Virus record (IMG/VR): IMGVR_UViG_3300044855_000055
Direction: 5' to 3' (one strand)
From: a virus
DNA length: 41,381 bases
Shown here piece by piece: positions 8,869-17,551 of the stretch. Each line of letters opens with the position of its first letter. The stretch's first letter is position 1. The notes below the pieces were generated by a model. The model ran no database searches. It saw nothing but the letters and a program-made list of their open reading frames with translations, and had not been told where the DNA came from. The position numbers were made by a program, and so were the translations under genes.

Positions 8869-10473
8869 TCACCAGAAGGAAAGTTCGGGCATCGCCTGCG
8901 GCGTCAGGCTTTCGCCCATGTGCGTGCCAATCGCCATCACCAGAGCCACAATGCCGTCGATGCGTTCCGTGCTCTTGGCTTTGCTGGGCTTGATGTTGCC
9001 GGCCGGGTCGCTCTGTACCGCTACGTTTCCTGCTTGCCAGCCTAGCACCGGATGCCCAGCGTGCCGCAGTTTGCCGTCGATCGTGAGTGCCTCAAGACGC
9101 TTCGCCGGGGCACTCATCGACGCGAACCCTTGCCCAAACATCTGCACCGGCAAGCCCTCGGCAACGAGCTCCTGTGCCAGCATCGTCGCGTTCCATCGGT
9201 CGATGGCGATCTGCTTCGGCTGGAACCGCCCGCAGAACTCCATGATGTCCCGCTTGATCGTGGCGTAATCCGTGCTCTTGCCGTCCGTCAGCCGCAGGAA
9301 CCCGTCCCTGCCCCACTGGGTGTAGGGCACCCGGTCAACCCGCTCCCGCTCAGCGGCGTTGGCCTCGGGGCACCAGAACATCGGGACCACGTCGTACCGG
9401 CCAGACTCGTCGGGAAACACCGCCACGAACGCCGACGTGTCCCACGTACTCGCCAGGTCCAGCCCCGCCCAGAACGGCCGACCCTCCAACGGCTCGAGTT
9501 CCACGCCGCAGGCCGCCCACTGGTCAGGACGAATCCACCGGATGTCGCTGGTCGTCGGGATGTTCAACCGATACCGCAGGAAGGCGTTGAGTTTGGTGGC
9601 AGAGTTCTCGGCCTCGCGGCAGTCGGCCGCGAATGACTCCTCGCTGATCGTCTCGCCTAACGACGGGTTCGCCTTGTGCCAGATCTTCGGCGACTTCCAA
9701 TCGTCCTCCCGGTCAGCCGCGTAGATGCAGCCGAAGAACGACGGGTCGAACGTCGGGTCGGCAATGCACCGCTCGGCGTAGTCGTGCTGGTCGTACCAGA
9801 GGTGAGTCTTGTTCGCCTCGCCCGCCGTCGTGATCGACATCACCAGCGGCTGACGCCGGGCTGCACCGCCGTACCGCAGGGCATCCCACAGCCGGCGGTC
9901 GCCACGTTGGGCGTGCAACTCGTCGAAAAGCAGGCAGGAGATGTTGAGCCCCTCGGCCCTGAACGCATCCGCCGATAGAACCCGATAGAACGAGTTGCTG
10001 CCGCGATGCACGATCGTCTTCCGCGAGTCGAGCACCTCCAGCACCTTCGACAAAGCCGGCGACGATCGCACCATCGACGCGGCTTCCCGGTAGATGATGC
10101 CAGCCTGCTCGCGGTCCGATGCCGCACCGTAAACCTCAGCCCCGGCTTCGCCGTCGGCCACCAGCATGTAGAGGGCGATGCCGGCGAGTAGCGTGGACTT
10201 GCCGTTCTTCTTGGGGATCTCGATGTACGCCTGGCGATGCTGCCGCGTGCCGTCAGGTTTTAGCCGGCCGAAGATCTCGCCCAGCACGTACCGCTGCCAC
10301 GGCAGCAGTAGGAACGGTTGCCCGGCCGTCTGGCCCTTGCTGTGCTTCAGCACCGTCTCGAAGAAACGGTACACCCGGTCGGCCTTCGCCTGGTCGATGC
10401 CGGGGCGATGCTTAGCCGTGGGCGGCGAAGAACTCTTCGAGCTCGTCCTTTTTGACTTCGACTTGCGTGGCAA
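8869..10473 (-). CDS. Terminase large subunit
   Basis: Motifs KGQTAGQPFLLLPWQ and Walker-A-like PKKNGKST. The start is uncertain: TTG at 10473 overlaps the small subunit by 62 nt, and an alternative GTG lies at 10374. Confidence 0.85.
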   Translation of the reverse strand: MPRKSKSKRTSSKSSSPPTAKHRPGIDQAKADRVYRFFETVLKHSKGQTAGQPFLLLPWQRYVLGEIFGRLKPDGTRQHRQAYIEIPKKNGKSTLLAGIALYMLVADGEAGAEVYGAASDREQAGIIYREAASMVRSSPALSKVLEVLDSRKTIVHRGSNSFYRVLSADAFRAEGLNISCLLFDELHAQRGDRRLWDALRYGGAARRQPLVMSITTAGEANKTHLWYDQHDYAERCIADPTFDPSFFGCIYAADREDDWKSPKIWHKANPSLGETISEESFAADCREAENSATKLNAFLRYRLNIPTTSDIRWIRPDQWAACGVELEPLEGRPFWAGLDLASTWDTSAFVAVFPDESGRYDVVPMFWCPEANAAERERVDRVPYTQWGRDGFLRLTDGKSTDYATIKRDIMEFCGRFQPKQIAIDRWNATMLAQELVAEGLPVQMFGQGFASMSAPAKRLEALTIDGKLRHAGHPVLGWQAGNVAVQSDPAGNIKPSKAKSTERIDGIVALVMAIGTHMGESLTPQAMPELSFW

Positions 10474-10879
10474 GCTTCGTTCTCGACGAGGGGGTCAGCC
10501 CGAACTCTGACAACAGACTAGCCTTCATGGCAACCAACGAGCGGTACATCGGCCCCGCCGGGTTGGGCTTCACGCCGCCCAGGTCCGTGTGCATGACCGC
10601 ACCGCCAGCACGGAACTGGAGCAGGCACGACTGCTCAGCCGAGTGGACTTCGCACAGCGTCGCGAGGGCTTCGCCGTCGCCGGTCGTCAGCACGCCCATC
10701 CGAGTCAGGATGCCGGCGAGCTCGTTCCACTTCGCCACAGCCACCTCGTCCACCGCGAGACGCTCGGGCATCGGCGGAACACCCGGCGGCATGCTTGGCT
10801 CGCGGCCTGCACGCTTCTTTGCAGTTCCTTCGAGTATCCGTAGGCCCGAAGGCTTGGGTCGCCGACCTGCTTTTGCCAT
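10412..10879 (-). CDS. Terminase small subunit, P27 family
   Basis: ATG with AGGAG 6 nt upstream. The pattern A...W..L...L...GVLT..D...L...C and the C-terminal EFGLTPSSRTKL are typical of the P27 family. Confidence 0.75.
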   Translation of the reverse strand: MAKAGRRPKPSGLRILEGTAKKRAGREPSMPPGVPPMPERLAVDEVAVAKWNELAGILTRMGVLTTGDGEALATLCEVHSAEQSCLLQFRAGGAVMHTDLGGVKPNPAGPMYRSLVAMKASLLSEFGLTPSSRTKLATQVEVKKDELEEFFAAHG

Positions 10880-10957
10880 GACTCGCTCCTGCTAATCGGC
10901 CCGCTAAGGGCAAGTCCCGTGCCGCTAAATGTGAGAAAAACCCCGGCGATTTCGATG

Positions 10958-10985
10958 CCGCGTACGCACGCTTCCCCGTACGCGG
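10958..10985. repeat. 9-bp perfect inverted repeat CCGCGTACG-N10-CGTACGCGG in the HNH-to-TerS gap (cos-region candidate)
   Basis: Read directly from the sequence. On the minus strand a short CGGC/GCCG hairpin followed by GGGTTTTT comes after it. Confidence 0.4.
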
Positions 10986-11015
10986 TCTATAACAAACGGC
11001 CAAAAGTTTTCACAA

Positions 11016-11354
11016 TCATCGACTGCCATTCTGGCTGTTGCGTTTTGCAACAGAGCGCCACCCCTCATGCTTGGCGTGGCACGAAACGCACAGCACCCGG
11101 AGGTTGGCCACCTCATCCGTTCCACCCTGACGCTTCGGCACGATGTGGTCCACATGCGCCCGCTTGCCATGCACCAGGCAGCCGCACACCTGGCACTGGT
11201 AGCCATCCCTCAGCAGCACCTCACGCCGTGCTGCCTTCCACCCTTGCGAGCAGTAGCCCCGCTGGTGAGCGGTCGGCCTGCCGATGTCGGGAGCCCTTGG
11301 CTTGGGCTTCTTGTTGACCCACGGCGGCTTGAACGTCGGTATGCGGTCTGGCAC
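11016..11354 (-). CDS. HNH endonuclease
   Basis: The pattern CQVCG...HVDHIVP...GGTDEVANLRVLCVSCH is an HNH motif. It lies immediately upstream of the terminase, as in HK97-like cos phages. GTG start inferred at 11354. Confidence 0.8.
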   Translation of the reverse strand: MPDRIPTFKPPWVNKKPKPRAPDIGRPTAHQRGYCSQGWKAARREVLLRDGYQCQVCGCLVHGKRAHVDHIVPKRQGGTDEVANLRVLCVSCHAKHEGWRSVAKRNSQNGSR

Positions 11355-11355
11355 G

Positions 11356-11712
11356 TCAGCCCTTGAACACGGCGGTCCCGATGGTGCCCGTGCTGTTCGT
11401 GGTGGCCGACAGCAGCTTGATGTACTGCGTGGCAAACACCTCGTCGGGCAGGGCATAGGCACGGCCTTCGGTAGTGGACGCGGCGAGGGTCACCTTCACC
11501 ACGGCCCCGTCCTTGTCGTACAGCTGGAAGAACGGGCCGCTAGTGCTATCGCTGGCCCAGATGTTGATCTGGGTGGCTGCGGTCAGCATGGTGCCGACCT
11601 CGATGTGCCCGCCGGCCATGTCAAGCATTGGCAGCGTGTTGGCGACCGAGGTGGCGGTCGAGAGCGTGAACGCGAACGTCTTCGACTTGCGGCGGATGCG
11701 AACTTCCGACAT
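11356..11712 (-). CDS. Hypothetical protein (beta-rich, possibly virion-associated)
   Basis: 118-aa ORF with normal amino-acid composition. Its stop lies 1 nt before the HNH start. Confidence 0.55.
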   Translation of the reverse strand: MSEVRIRRKSKTFAFTLSTATSVANTLPMLDMAGGHIEVGTMLTAATQINIWASDSTSGPFFQLYDKDGAVVKVTLAASTTEGRAYALPDEVFATQYIKLLSATTNSTGTIGTAVFKG

Positions 11713-11802
11713 GGCTATGGTTCCTAGTGAGGCACGGGTACGGCCCGATGCACGGCCTTTCGCTTCAGCCTACCCTTCGCCAGCGACTCCGCCGGAGGTT
11801 GC

Positions 11803-12180
11803 TCACCGCACACGGACCGGCCAACCAGGCACGACGTTGAAGTTCGACGGTTCCGGCAACGGTTCAGGGGTTTGCGGCAGCAGGGCCACCGCTTCAGCCC
11901 ACGGGACGACAGTGACACCAGCGGCGATGACCGCTCGATCGCTGTTCCTCCACATGCGGGCCAGAAGACGCTTGGAGTCCACTTGCTCGCTCACCTCGCT
12001 CAGGATGTCAGCGGACAGCATGTAGCGGCCGTCTGTCAGGATTACGGGCGTTGGCACAAGATTCGTCGTACCAAACTGCTCCCATCGCTGGCGTAGCACG
12101 GCCGCAAGCGGGCCGCCGAACGTCAGTGCGTACTGGCGCTGGGTGTCGATGCCTGCCGTGAGAAGTTGGGCAAGGGTCAT
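11803..12180 (-). CDS. Hypothetical protein
   Basis: 125-aa ORF with an ATGA overlap to the upstream gene. Confidence 0.55.
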   Translation of the reverse strand: MTLAQLLTAGIDTQRQYALTFGGPLAAVLRQRWEQFGTTNLVPTPVILTDGRYMLSADILSEVSEQVDSKRLLARMWRNSDRAVIAAGVTVVPWAEAVALLPQTPEPLPEPSNFNVVPGWPVRVR

Positions 12181-13031
12181 ATCTGCCTACCAAGCGACGC
12201 TTGGAACGCCTGCACGGCGTTGTAAAACGCCAGTGCCTGCGCGTCCGTGAACTGTATGCCAACCGAGTACATGCACGCCCGGCCGGTGAAGTAGGTCGAA
12301 GGGGAGCCGGAGGTGTTCCGGGCGAACACAAACAACCCCGGAGGCTGGTCCGTCGCAAATGCCAGGCTGTTGGCGGTACTGTTGCCGCTGGCAAGGTTCA
12401 CGCCGTTCCGGTAGCCGACGCCAGCGCCGCCAGACCGCGACCCGATGAGGTGGCCGTTCCTGGCCGCCAGCGTGGCGTTCTCTAGACCCGAATTAATCGC
12501 TCCACCAAAACGCGCGTACATGCCAAACGTAGAAAACGCCGGAAAAAACGCCGAAGTGCGAGTGCCGGCGGCCGAAATGAACTCGCCGTTAGTGTTGAGC
12601 GTGGCATTGAAATACCCGCTGTTGTGGTAGTTCTGCTCCGTCATGCCGGCGTTGAAAGGCACCAGCCCGGTCGCCAGGTGCTTCGTCGAGCCGTTGCCTG
12701 TGAGTCCGCCACTTGACCCCGTCTCCGTGTAGTCGGCAAGGACGAAGTTCGAGTTGGTGTCGGTGGTGTTTCCGTACTGCGTTCCGGTGCGGCTCGGGCC
12801 TCGGTAGAGCGGGACGAGGGCAGCCTCCAGGCCAGTGCCGGCCATCAACGACAAACGGTAGAACCGATCCCGCAGCCCTGCTGCGTCGATGCTGCGGCAG
12901 AACGTCGTAACGGCCGCCATGGTTGACGCCGACACGGTGCCACCATTGGCGATGACGGCAGACCGCCACGCCAACGCCTCGGGGTGGCTACCGCTCGCCT
13001 TCGGCCGCAGCAACTTACCGCTCATGCCCAT
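12177..13031 (-). CDS. Hypothetical Gly/Ser/Thr/Asn-rich protein (fibre or receptor-binding-like)
   Basis: 284 aa. The composition resembles beta-sandwich fibre tips. No motif was recognised. Confidence 0.5.
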   Translation of the reverse strand: MGMSGKLLRPKASGSHPEALAWRSAVIANGGTVSASTMAAVTTFCRSIDAAGLRDRFYRLSLMAGTGLEAALVPLYRGPSRTGTQYGNTTDTNSNFVLADYTETGSSGGLTGNGSTKHLATGLVPFNAGMTEQNYHNSGYFNATLNTNGEFISAAGTRTSAFFPAFSTFGMYARFGGAINSGLENATLAARNGHLIGSRSGGAGVGYRNGVNLASGNSTANSLAFATDQPPGLFVFARNTSGSPSTYFTGRACMYSVGIQFTDAQALAFYNAVQAFQASLGRQI

Positions 13032-13035
13032 TGCG

Positions 13036-13293
13036 TCAGTTCCTCGTCGGGGCGGGCTTGTTGTCGTTCACCAGCCGCGGCTGAAGTGCGTAGAGCAACT
13101 TCGTCTGCTCGCTGATGGTCTCGCTGATCTCTCGCTGCGTCTCGCTGAGTTGCCGGACGAACGACCGATGCTCCTCCACCAGGGGCAGTAGCACGTCGTT
13201 CCTGAGCACCCAACCGGCAGCCAGGGCGACCAACGTGGGAAATCCCCACCGTTCGATGATGCTGAAGAGCGTTTCCTTGGTCGCGTCGGTCAT
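13036..13293 (-). CDS. Small membrane protein with C-terminal coiled coil (holin or i-spanin-like)
   Basis: Start at MTDATKE (13293) with an ATGA overlap. One hydrophobic helix (FPTLVALAAGWVL) is followed by a charged helix. Confidence 0.5.
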   Translation of the reverse strand: MTDATKETLFSIIERWGFPTLVALAAGWVLRNDVLLPLVEEHRSFVRQLSETQREISETISEQTKLLYALQPRLVNDNKPAPTRN

Positions 13294-13628
13294 GGTGTCT
13301 CCTGCATTGCCTGCATCGCTGCCCGGTTCTCGCGGCTGTCGAGCCACCAGCGGATGAGGATCTTCACGATCTCGCTGATCAACGCCGACAGGACGAGCGT
13401 CAGGATGATGCCCATGCCGTACTGCTGCCGCCGCCTCTTGAGCGACTTGGCAAGGAATGAGCCGACGACCTCGGCTTCGCCAGCGTCGCACTGCCGCAGG
13501 ACCGGAGCGGGCCAGCGACGCACGGCGTCGTCAACGACGCGGGCGACGGTATCACGGCCCGCAATACGCAGCCGCAGGGGCAACCGGCCGTAGACGTAGG
13601 CAGTCAGGTCGTCGCGGGTCACTGGCAC
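13290..13628 (-). CDS. Hypothetical protein with C-terminal transmembrane helix
   Basis: 112 aa. The hydrophobic segment is GMGIILTLVLSALISEIVKILI. Confidence 0.5.
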   Translation of the reverse strand: MPVTRDDLTAYVYGRLPLRLRIAGRDTVARVVDDAVRRWPAPVLRQCDAGEAEVVGSFLAKSLKRRRQQYGMGIILTLVLSALISEIVKILIRWWLDSRENRAAMQAMQETP

Positions 13629-13906
13629 CTCCCGTCAGAGCATGCCTTTCCGGTGCCTTTGCACTCCGGGCAGGTGATGACGATGCGGCCGTCCGTGCTC
13701 ATGCGTCCTGTGCCGAGGCACTTGGGGCACTTGCCGGCTGGCACGACGGGCTTCGGCGGGGCGGGCGTCGGGGCCGGCTCATGCCGCATCTGCACGACCA
13801 TGCGTGCCGTCTCGGCGGCCAGGTCAGCGGAGACACCGTGGTCCGATGGCAGCGTGGCAACGCACCCGGCGGCAACGACGATGAGGGCGAGCAGGTAACG
13901 CATCAC
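13619..13906 (-). CDS. Lipoprotein with two DnaJ-type CxxCxGxG zinc-finger motifs (o-spanin-like position)
   Basis: Signal peptide MMRYLLALIVVAAGC with a lipobox-like AAGC. It is followed by CPKCLGTGR and CPECKGTGK. Confidence 0.6.
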   Translation of the reverse strand: MMRYLLALIVVAAGCVATLPSDHGVSADLAAETARMVVQMRHEPAPTPAPPKPVVPAGKCPKCLGTGRMSTDGRIVITCPECKGTGKACSDGRCQ

Positions 13907-14826
13907 AGGATTCCTCGCAGCCAGTTGTCGGGCAGGGCGGTCGGCTGGAAGCCGCTGTAGCCCGCGTAGACGTAGGAGTCACGGCCAGACAGCATGCGGT
14001 CCACGACCTCAGCATCGACCCAGAACGAGCAGTTCCTGACGACCTCGGGCATGTCCTCGGGGTAGTGCTTGCCCGTGGTGTTGCTGTCGCCCCACGAATT
14101 GGCACAGAGCAGGCCGGGACGCCTGCCGAAACGGGCGCCGATGAAGGCCATGCAGTGCCACCAGACACCACCGGCCTTGCAGAACCCGTCGGCGTCGCGG
14201 GACATGCTGAAGCCCTGCCCGCTGCACACAACGACCGGGTAGCCATTGCTGATCGCTGCGGCGGCCTCGTTGAAGTTCGTGGCCAGCGTCGTCTCCGAGC
14301 ACCGCCGCTCCTTGGCGAACGGCTCGAGCACGTCGGGCACGCCATTCCGGCCCCAGTCGCGGTCGCGGGCCTGCTTGCCTTCCTCGCGGATGATCGTGCC
14401 GGCGTAGTCAACGCCGTAGTGCAGGCAGCCGTAGTCGCGGACGCTCTTGGCGGCATGAAACCCGGTGGAACCGTCGCCGCCAGTGTTCGACCGCTGGCCC
14501 CTGCTTTCCACGCGCGAAAAGCCGTACAAACTGCTTTCGATCACGCGGCCCTTCCACGTCTCAGGCTCTTTCCGCCAGTGAATATCCGTCGCGGCGAGCA
14601 CGTCCACGGCGAGCGACGCGCCCCAGCCGACACAACTGCCAACGTTGCCCTGCGAACCGCGCCGCCAGCCCGGCGAGCACGCCAAGAGCGCCGGGTAGAG
14701 CATCACGTCTTCGCCGGCCGCCCGCAGGTCAGGGCCGGCTTGTGCCAGCGTCGGGTGCCGCAACGTGGCGACGAACGACTCGGCACCTTCGGGATCGGGG
14801 ACATACCCCATGCCACGGTCGGCCAT
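13903..14826 (-). CDS. Papain-like (C1 family-like) cysteine peptidase
   Basis: QGNVGSC has the Q-x5-C spacing of papain. WHCMAFIG is an H motif, and ANSWG follows the His by 19 residues. Confidence 0.6.
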   Translation of the reverse strand: MADRGMGYVPDPEGAESFVATLRHPTLAQAGPDLRAAGEDVMLYPALLACSPGWRRGSQGNVGSCVGWGASLAVDVLAATDIHWRKEPETWKGRVIESSLYGFSRVESRGQRSNTGGDGSTGFHAAKSVRDYGCLHYGVDYAGTIIREEGKQARDRDWGRNGVPDVLEPFAKERRCSETTLATNFNEAAAAISNGYPVVVCSGQGFSMSRDADGFCKAGGVWWHCMAFIGARFGRRPGLLCANSWGDSNTTGKHYPEDMPEVVRNCSFWVDAEVVDRMLSGRDSYVYAGYSGFQPTALPDNWLRGIL

Positions 14827-14829
14827 GCG

Positions 14830-15420
14830 TCAGCCCCCCGCCCATGCCAGAGCCTTCGCCAGTTCGACGTAGCGGCCGCGAGTGTCGGCAGTGACCGGCA
14901 CGTCGTCAGACCCCAGCACGGCCTTGTACGAGGCCTCCACGGCCCCCCTGAGCGATTCGTGGCTGCCGGGAGCGTGACCACCGATCCGCCGCCATGCGAT
15001 GTCGAGAGCAACGGCGGTGAAAGCCCGCAGTTCGCGGGTGTCGCGGAACGCCGGCTGCAGGGCCGTTGACTCGGCAGCCACGACGATGCCAGCCTTGCTC
15101 CACACTTCACGCCACAGTGCCCGGTCGGACGCCGGAAGCGACCGCAGAGCGTCGGCGACCGGCTGGACCGCCTGACGCATGGACTCGCTGGGCAGGTCCA
15201 CCGTGACCGGGCGCGTCGGCAGGCTCGGGAGCGAGGGTAGATTGCCCCAAGCGGCCCACAGGATCAGCCCTGCGGCGACTGCCCTGCCGGCCGTGCCGGC
15301 GTAGGGCTTGCCACGCTTCCAGGCTTCAGCGAGCCACGGGGCGGCTTTGTGGAGATGTGGGCCAGCGACGAGAGCAACCGCCGCCACAACGGCCCCGGCG
15401 CGAAGCAGATCATTGGTCAT
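14830..15420 (-). CDS. Membrane protein (two N-terminal hydrophobic helices; holin-like position)
   Basis: Hydrophobic segments AGAVVAAVALVAG and AVAAGLILWAAW. It lies immediately upstream of the peptidase. Confidence 0.5.
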   Translation of the reverse strand: MTNDLLRAGAVVAAVALVAGPHLHKAAPWLAEAWKRGKPYAGTAGRAVAAGLILWAAWGNLPSLPSLPTRPVTVDLPSESMRQAVQPVADALRSLPASDRALWREVWSKAGIVVAAESTALQPAFRDTRELRAFTAVALDIAWRRIGGHAPGSHESLRGAVEASYKAVLGSDDVPVTADTRGRYVELAKALAWAGG

Positions 15421-15848
15421 CGTACCCCCTCGGCGAGACTCACAAGCTCGCGGACAAGAGCCTCACCTTGTGGCGTCCGCAGCACGTCGGCCAGGCGAGA
15501 CACGATCCGGTCGTCGATCTGGCTCTTGGTCTTCGTGGCGAGCCACTCGCCGCCCTCAGACACGATCAGCGACCGCTTGTACGGGTCGCCCTCGGCGAGA
15601 AACCGCTGGCCGTAGGCGAGCAGCGGCGACCAGGCCTGCAGAAGTGCGATCTGCTGCCAGATCGAGAGATTCGCCCCGTACTTGGCGAGTTCGGCGGGCG
15701 TGGCTTCGTAATTGGCCATGCGATGCGTCCTCCGTGACGTGATTCGACCGCGGCTGTATGCCCCGTCCGAGTGGCAGATGCCCACCGAGTGGGCCGCGAT
15801 CTGCACCTCGATCCGGCCGCCGCCTTTGGCACGCTGATAGCCAGCCAC
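15417..15848 (-). CDS. Hypothetical protein
   Basis: GTG at 15848 with GGAGG 6 nt upstream. An alternative ATG at 15719 also has GGAGG upstream. Confidence 0.5.
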   Translation of the reverse strand: MAGYQRAKGGGRIEVQIAAHSVGICHSDGAYSRGRITSRRTHRMANYEATPAELAKYGANLSIWQQIALLQAWSPLLAYGQRFLAEGDPYKRSLIVSEGGEWLATKTKSQIDDRIVSRLADVLRTPQGEALVRELVSLAEGVR

Positions 15849-15871
15849 TAGCGACCTCCGGTTTTTTCAGC

Positions 15872-16531
15872 CTACCACCCACTTCGGCACACGGACTGGC
15901 TTGCCGCCGCGCGAAGCATCGCCATTTTCGACTCAATGCCGATCGTCCAATTCGCATGCCAGACGACGGCTGACGCCGGGACAGTGAACGGCTCGCCCTT
16001 CCACGGCTCGCGGTTCCCGAGCGTGCCCCAGTTCGCCACCTTGTCCGCCGGCAGGACCGACATCGGGAGCGGCAGACGCTTGGCGTTTCCCCGCAGAACG
16101 GCAATCGTCTCTTGGTCGGGCATGTCCAGCAGACGGCTCATGTCCAGCACCAGCCGCCACCAGTCGTGGACCGCCTGAGTCGAGCGAAACAGCATTACCC
16201 CGGCACACCACTGGATCACGTCGTCGGAGTAGGCGACTTCGTCGGGCACCATGCGGGCGATCGTCTCCTCGGCCCACCGCTCCACGCCAGGCAGGAGCAG
16301 GCAGTCGGCATCGACGTACAGCGTGGGCGTGCCATCGGTCGGCAGGCTGAGCAGCAGCCGCAGCTTGTCGTCCATGCAGGCGTTCCAGCCCTGCTCCTTG
16401 AACGAGCCGCTGGGGCACGACTGCGGGAACTCGACCGCCACGATCTCGGAGAACCCGCGGACCCGGTCCAGCACGAACTCGCGGGCCATGGCGGCATGCG
16501 ACGGCGTCCAGAACGTGGCGAGCCTCAGCAT
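15872..16531 (-). CDS. Nucleotide-diphospho-sugar transferase-like protein (putative glycosyltransferase)
   Basis: 219 aa with LYVDADC (DxD). It overlaps the upstream GT gene. Confidence 0.45.
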   Translation of the reverse strand: MLRLATFWTPSHAAMAREFVLDRVRGFSEIVAVEFPQSCPSGSFKEQGWNACMDDKLRLLLSLPTDGTPTLYVDADCLLLPGVERWAEETIARMVPDEVAYSDDVIQWCAGVMLFRSTQAVHDWWRLVLDMSRLLDMPDQETIAVLRGNAKRLPLPMSVLPADKVANWGTLGNREPWKGEPFTVPASAVVWHANWTIGIESKMAMLRAAASQSVCRSGW

Positions 16532-17271
16532 GGTGCGGATCTCCGCAGGGCCGTCGTGTACTCGGCCGGCACCTCAGACCACTCGTCTACCCGAGGGCCA
16601 GGCGTCGTCTCGACCCAGCAGCGGTTCAGGTGGTGCTCAGCGTGCCACGCCGCGCCGGGCACGTGAGCACCACCCTCCGCGCCAATGTTCTGGATGCGAG
16701 CCAACATCGGTCGGATTTCGTACCGCCCCCTGCGAGAGAACTTGTCTAGCACCGTGTCCCAAGACACTTGATGGTCGTAGCGTGGCCATGACGCTCGCAC
16801 CGTCTCCCAACGGTCACGCCACGTCGCCCAGCCCCAGGGAGTGAACCACGCCTCACGGAACACGGCGTTTCGGTAGCCAGCCTCGGAGGCCGGCGTCTTC
16901 TGGTAGCCGCAGATGGAGAACACGCTGGCGTCGTGCTGGTACTCCTCGAGCCCCCAGCGTGCAAACCGGATGAAGTCCTTCCCCGGCACCGTGTCGTCCT
17001 CCATGGCGATCACCCGAGTGTGCCGGTCAAATCCATGAGCCAGTGCGGCGTAAGTGTTGATGTTGCAGCCGACCCTTTCACTGCCGACCAACACTTCGCC
17101 ACGACCACGAAAGCGGGTGGCCGCCTCGATGACCTCGTCGGACACCGGCTCGCAGAGCATGTACACCGGCACGTCTGCGATGCCTTCGCACCGTGCCAGT
17201 GCGTCGAGCACCGTCCGCGTGTACTCGGGCCGGCTGCAGAGCGTCATCACTACGCACACGTCACCCGCCAT
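16525..17271 (-). CDS. Glycosyltransferase (GT-A fold), putative
   Basis: The N-terminal VCVVMTLCSRPEYT...L.AL pattern, an AMEDDT DxD motif and FTPWGWATW resemble GT2/GT13-type enzymes. Confidence 0.55.
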   Translation of the reverse strand: MAGDVCVVMTLCSRPEYTRTVLDALARCEGIADVPVYMLCEPVSDEVIEAATRFRGRGEVLVGSERVGCNINTYAALAHGFDRHTRVIAMEDDTVPGKDFIRFARWGLEEYQHDASVFSICGYQKTPASEAGYRNAVFREAWFTPWGWATWRDRWETVRASWPRYDHQVSWDTVLDKFSRRGRYEIRPMLARIQNIGAEGGAHVPGAAWHAEHHLNRCWVETTPGPRVDEWSEVPAEYTTALRRSAPC

Positions 17272-17551
17272 ACGGCACCTCGTCGCTGTAGATCGTGTGC
17301 GGCTTCCCGCACCACCGCTGCATAGCCTCTACCGGCGTCCAGTTCGTTCGCTGCTCCATGGCTCGCAGTCGGATCTCGTCGGGGCCGATGTCGTCCAGTT
17401 CCTCCACGACAACCCGGCGGGGCAGTCCGTAGGTGGCCCTCAGTTTCGCGGCGACATGCCATGAGATGCCGAAGTGATCCGCGATCTCTCGCAATCGCAC
17501 CTTGGACATCCACATGCGGCAGAACTCTGCCCGATCGACCGGCCTGCTCAT
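17261..17551 (-). CDS. HTH DNA-binding protein (paralog of 23323..23607)
   Basis: Start at MSRPVD (17551) with an ATGA overlap to the methyltransferase stop. HTH-like segment: RLREIADHFGISWHVAAKL. The upstream extension to 17959 is Arg-rich shadow. Confidence 0.55.
   Translation of the reverse strand: MSRPVDRAEFCRMWMSKVRLREIADHFGISWHVAAKLRATYGLPRRVVVEELDDIGPDEIRLRAMEQRTNWTPVEAMQRWCGKPHTIYSDEVPYGG

Noticed and set aside
14065-15069. 334-aa plus-strand ORF; similar plus-strand ORFs at 6878..7834, 23775..24680, 25380..26285 and 36110..37018
   Set aside because: All are antisense to well-supported minus-strand genes and have an Arg/Ala/Gly/Pro-biased composition.
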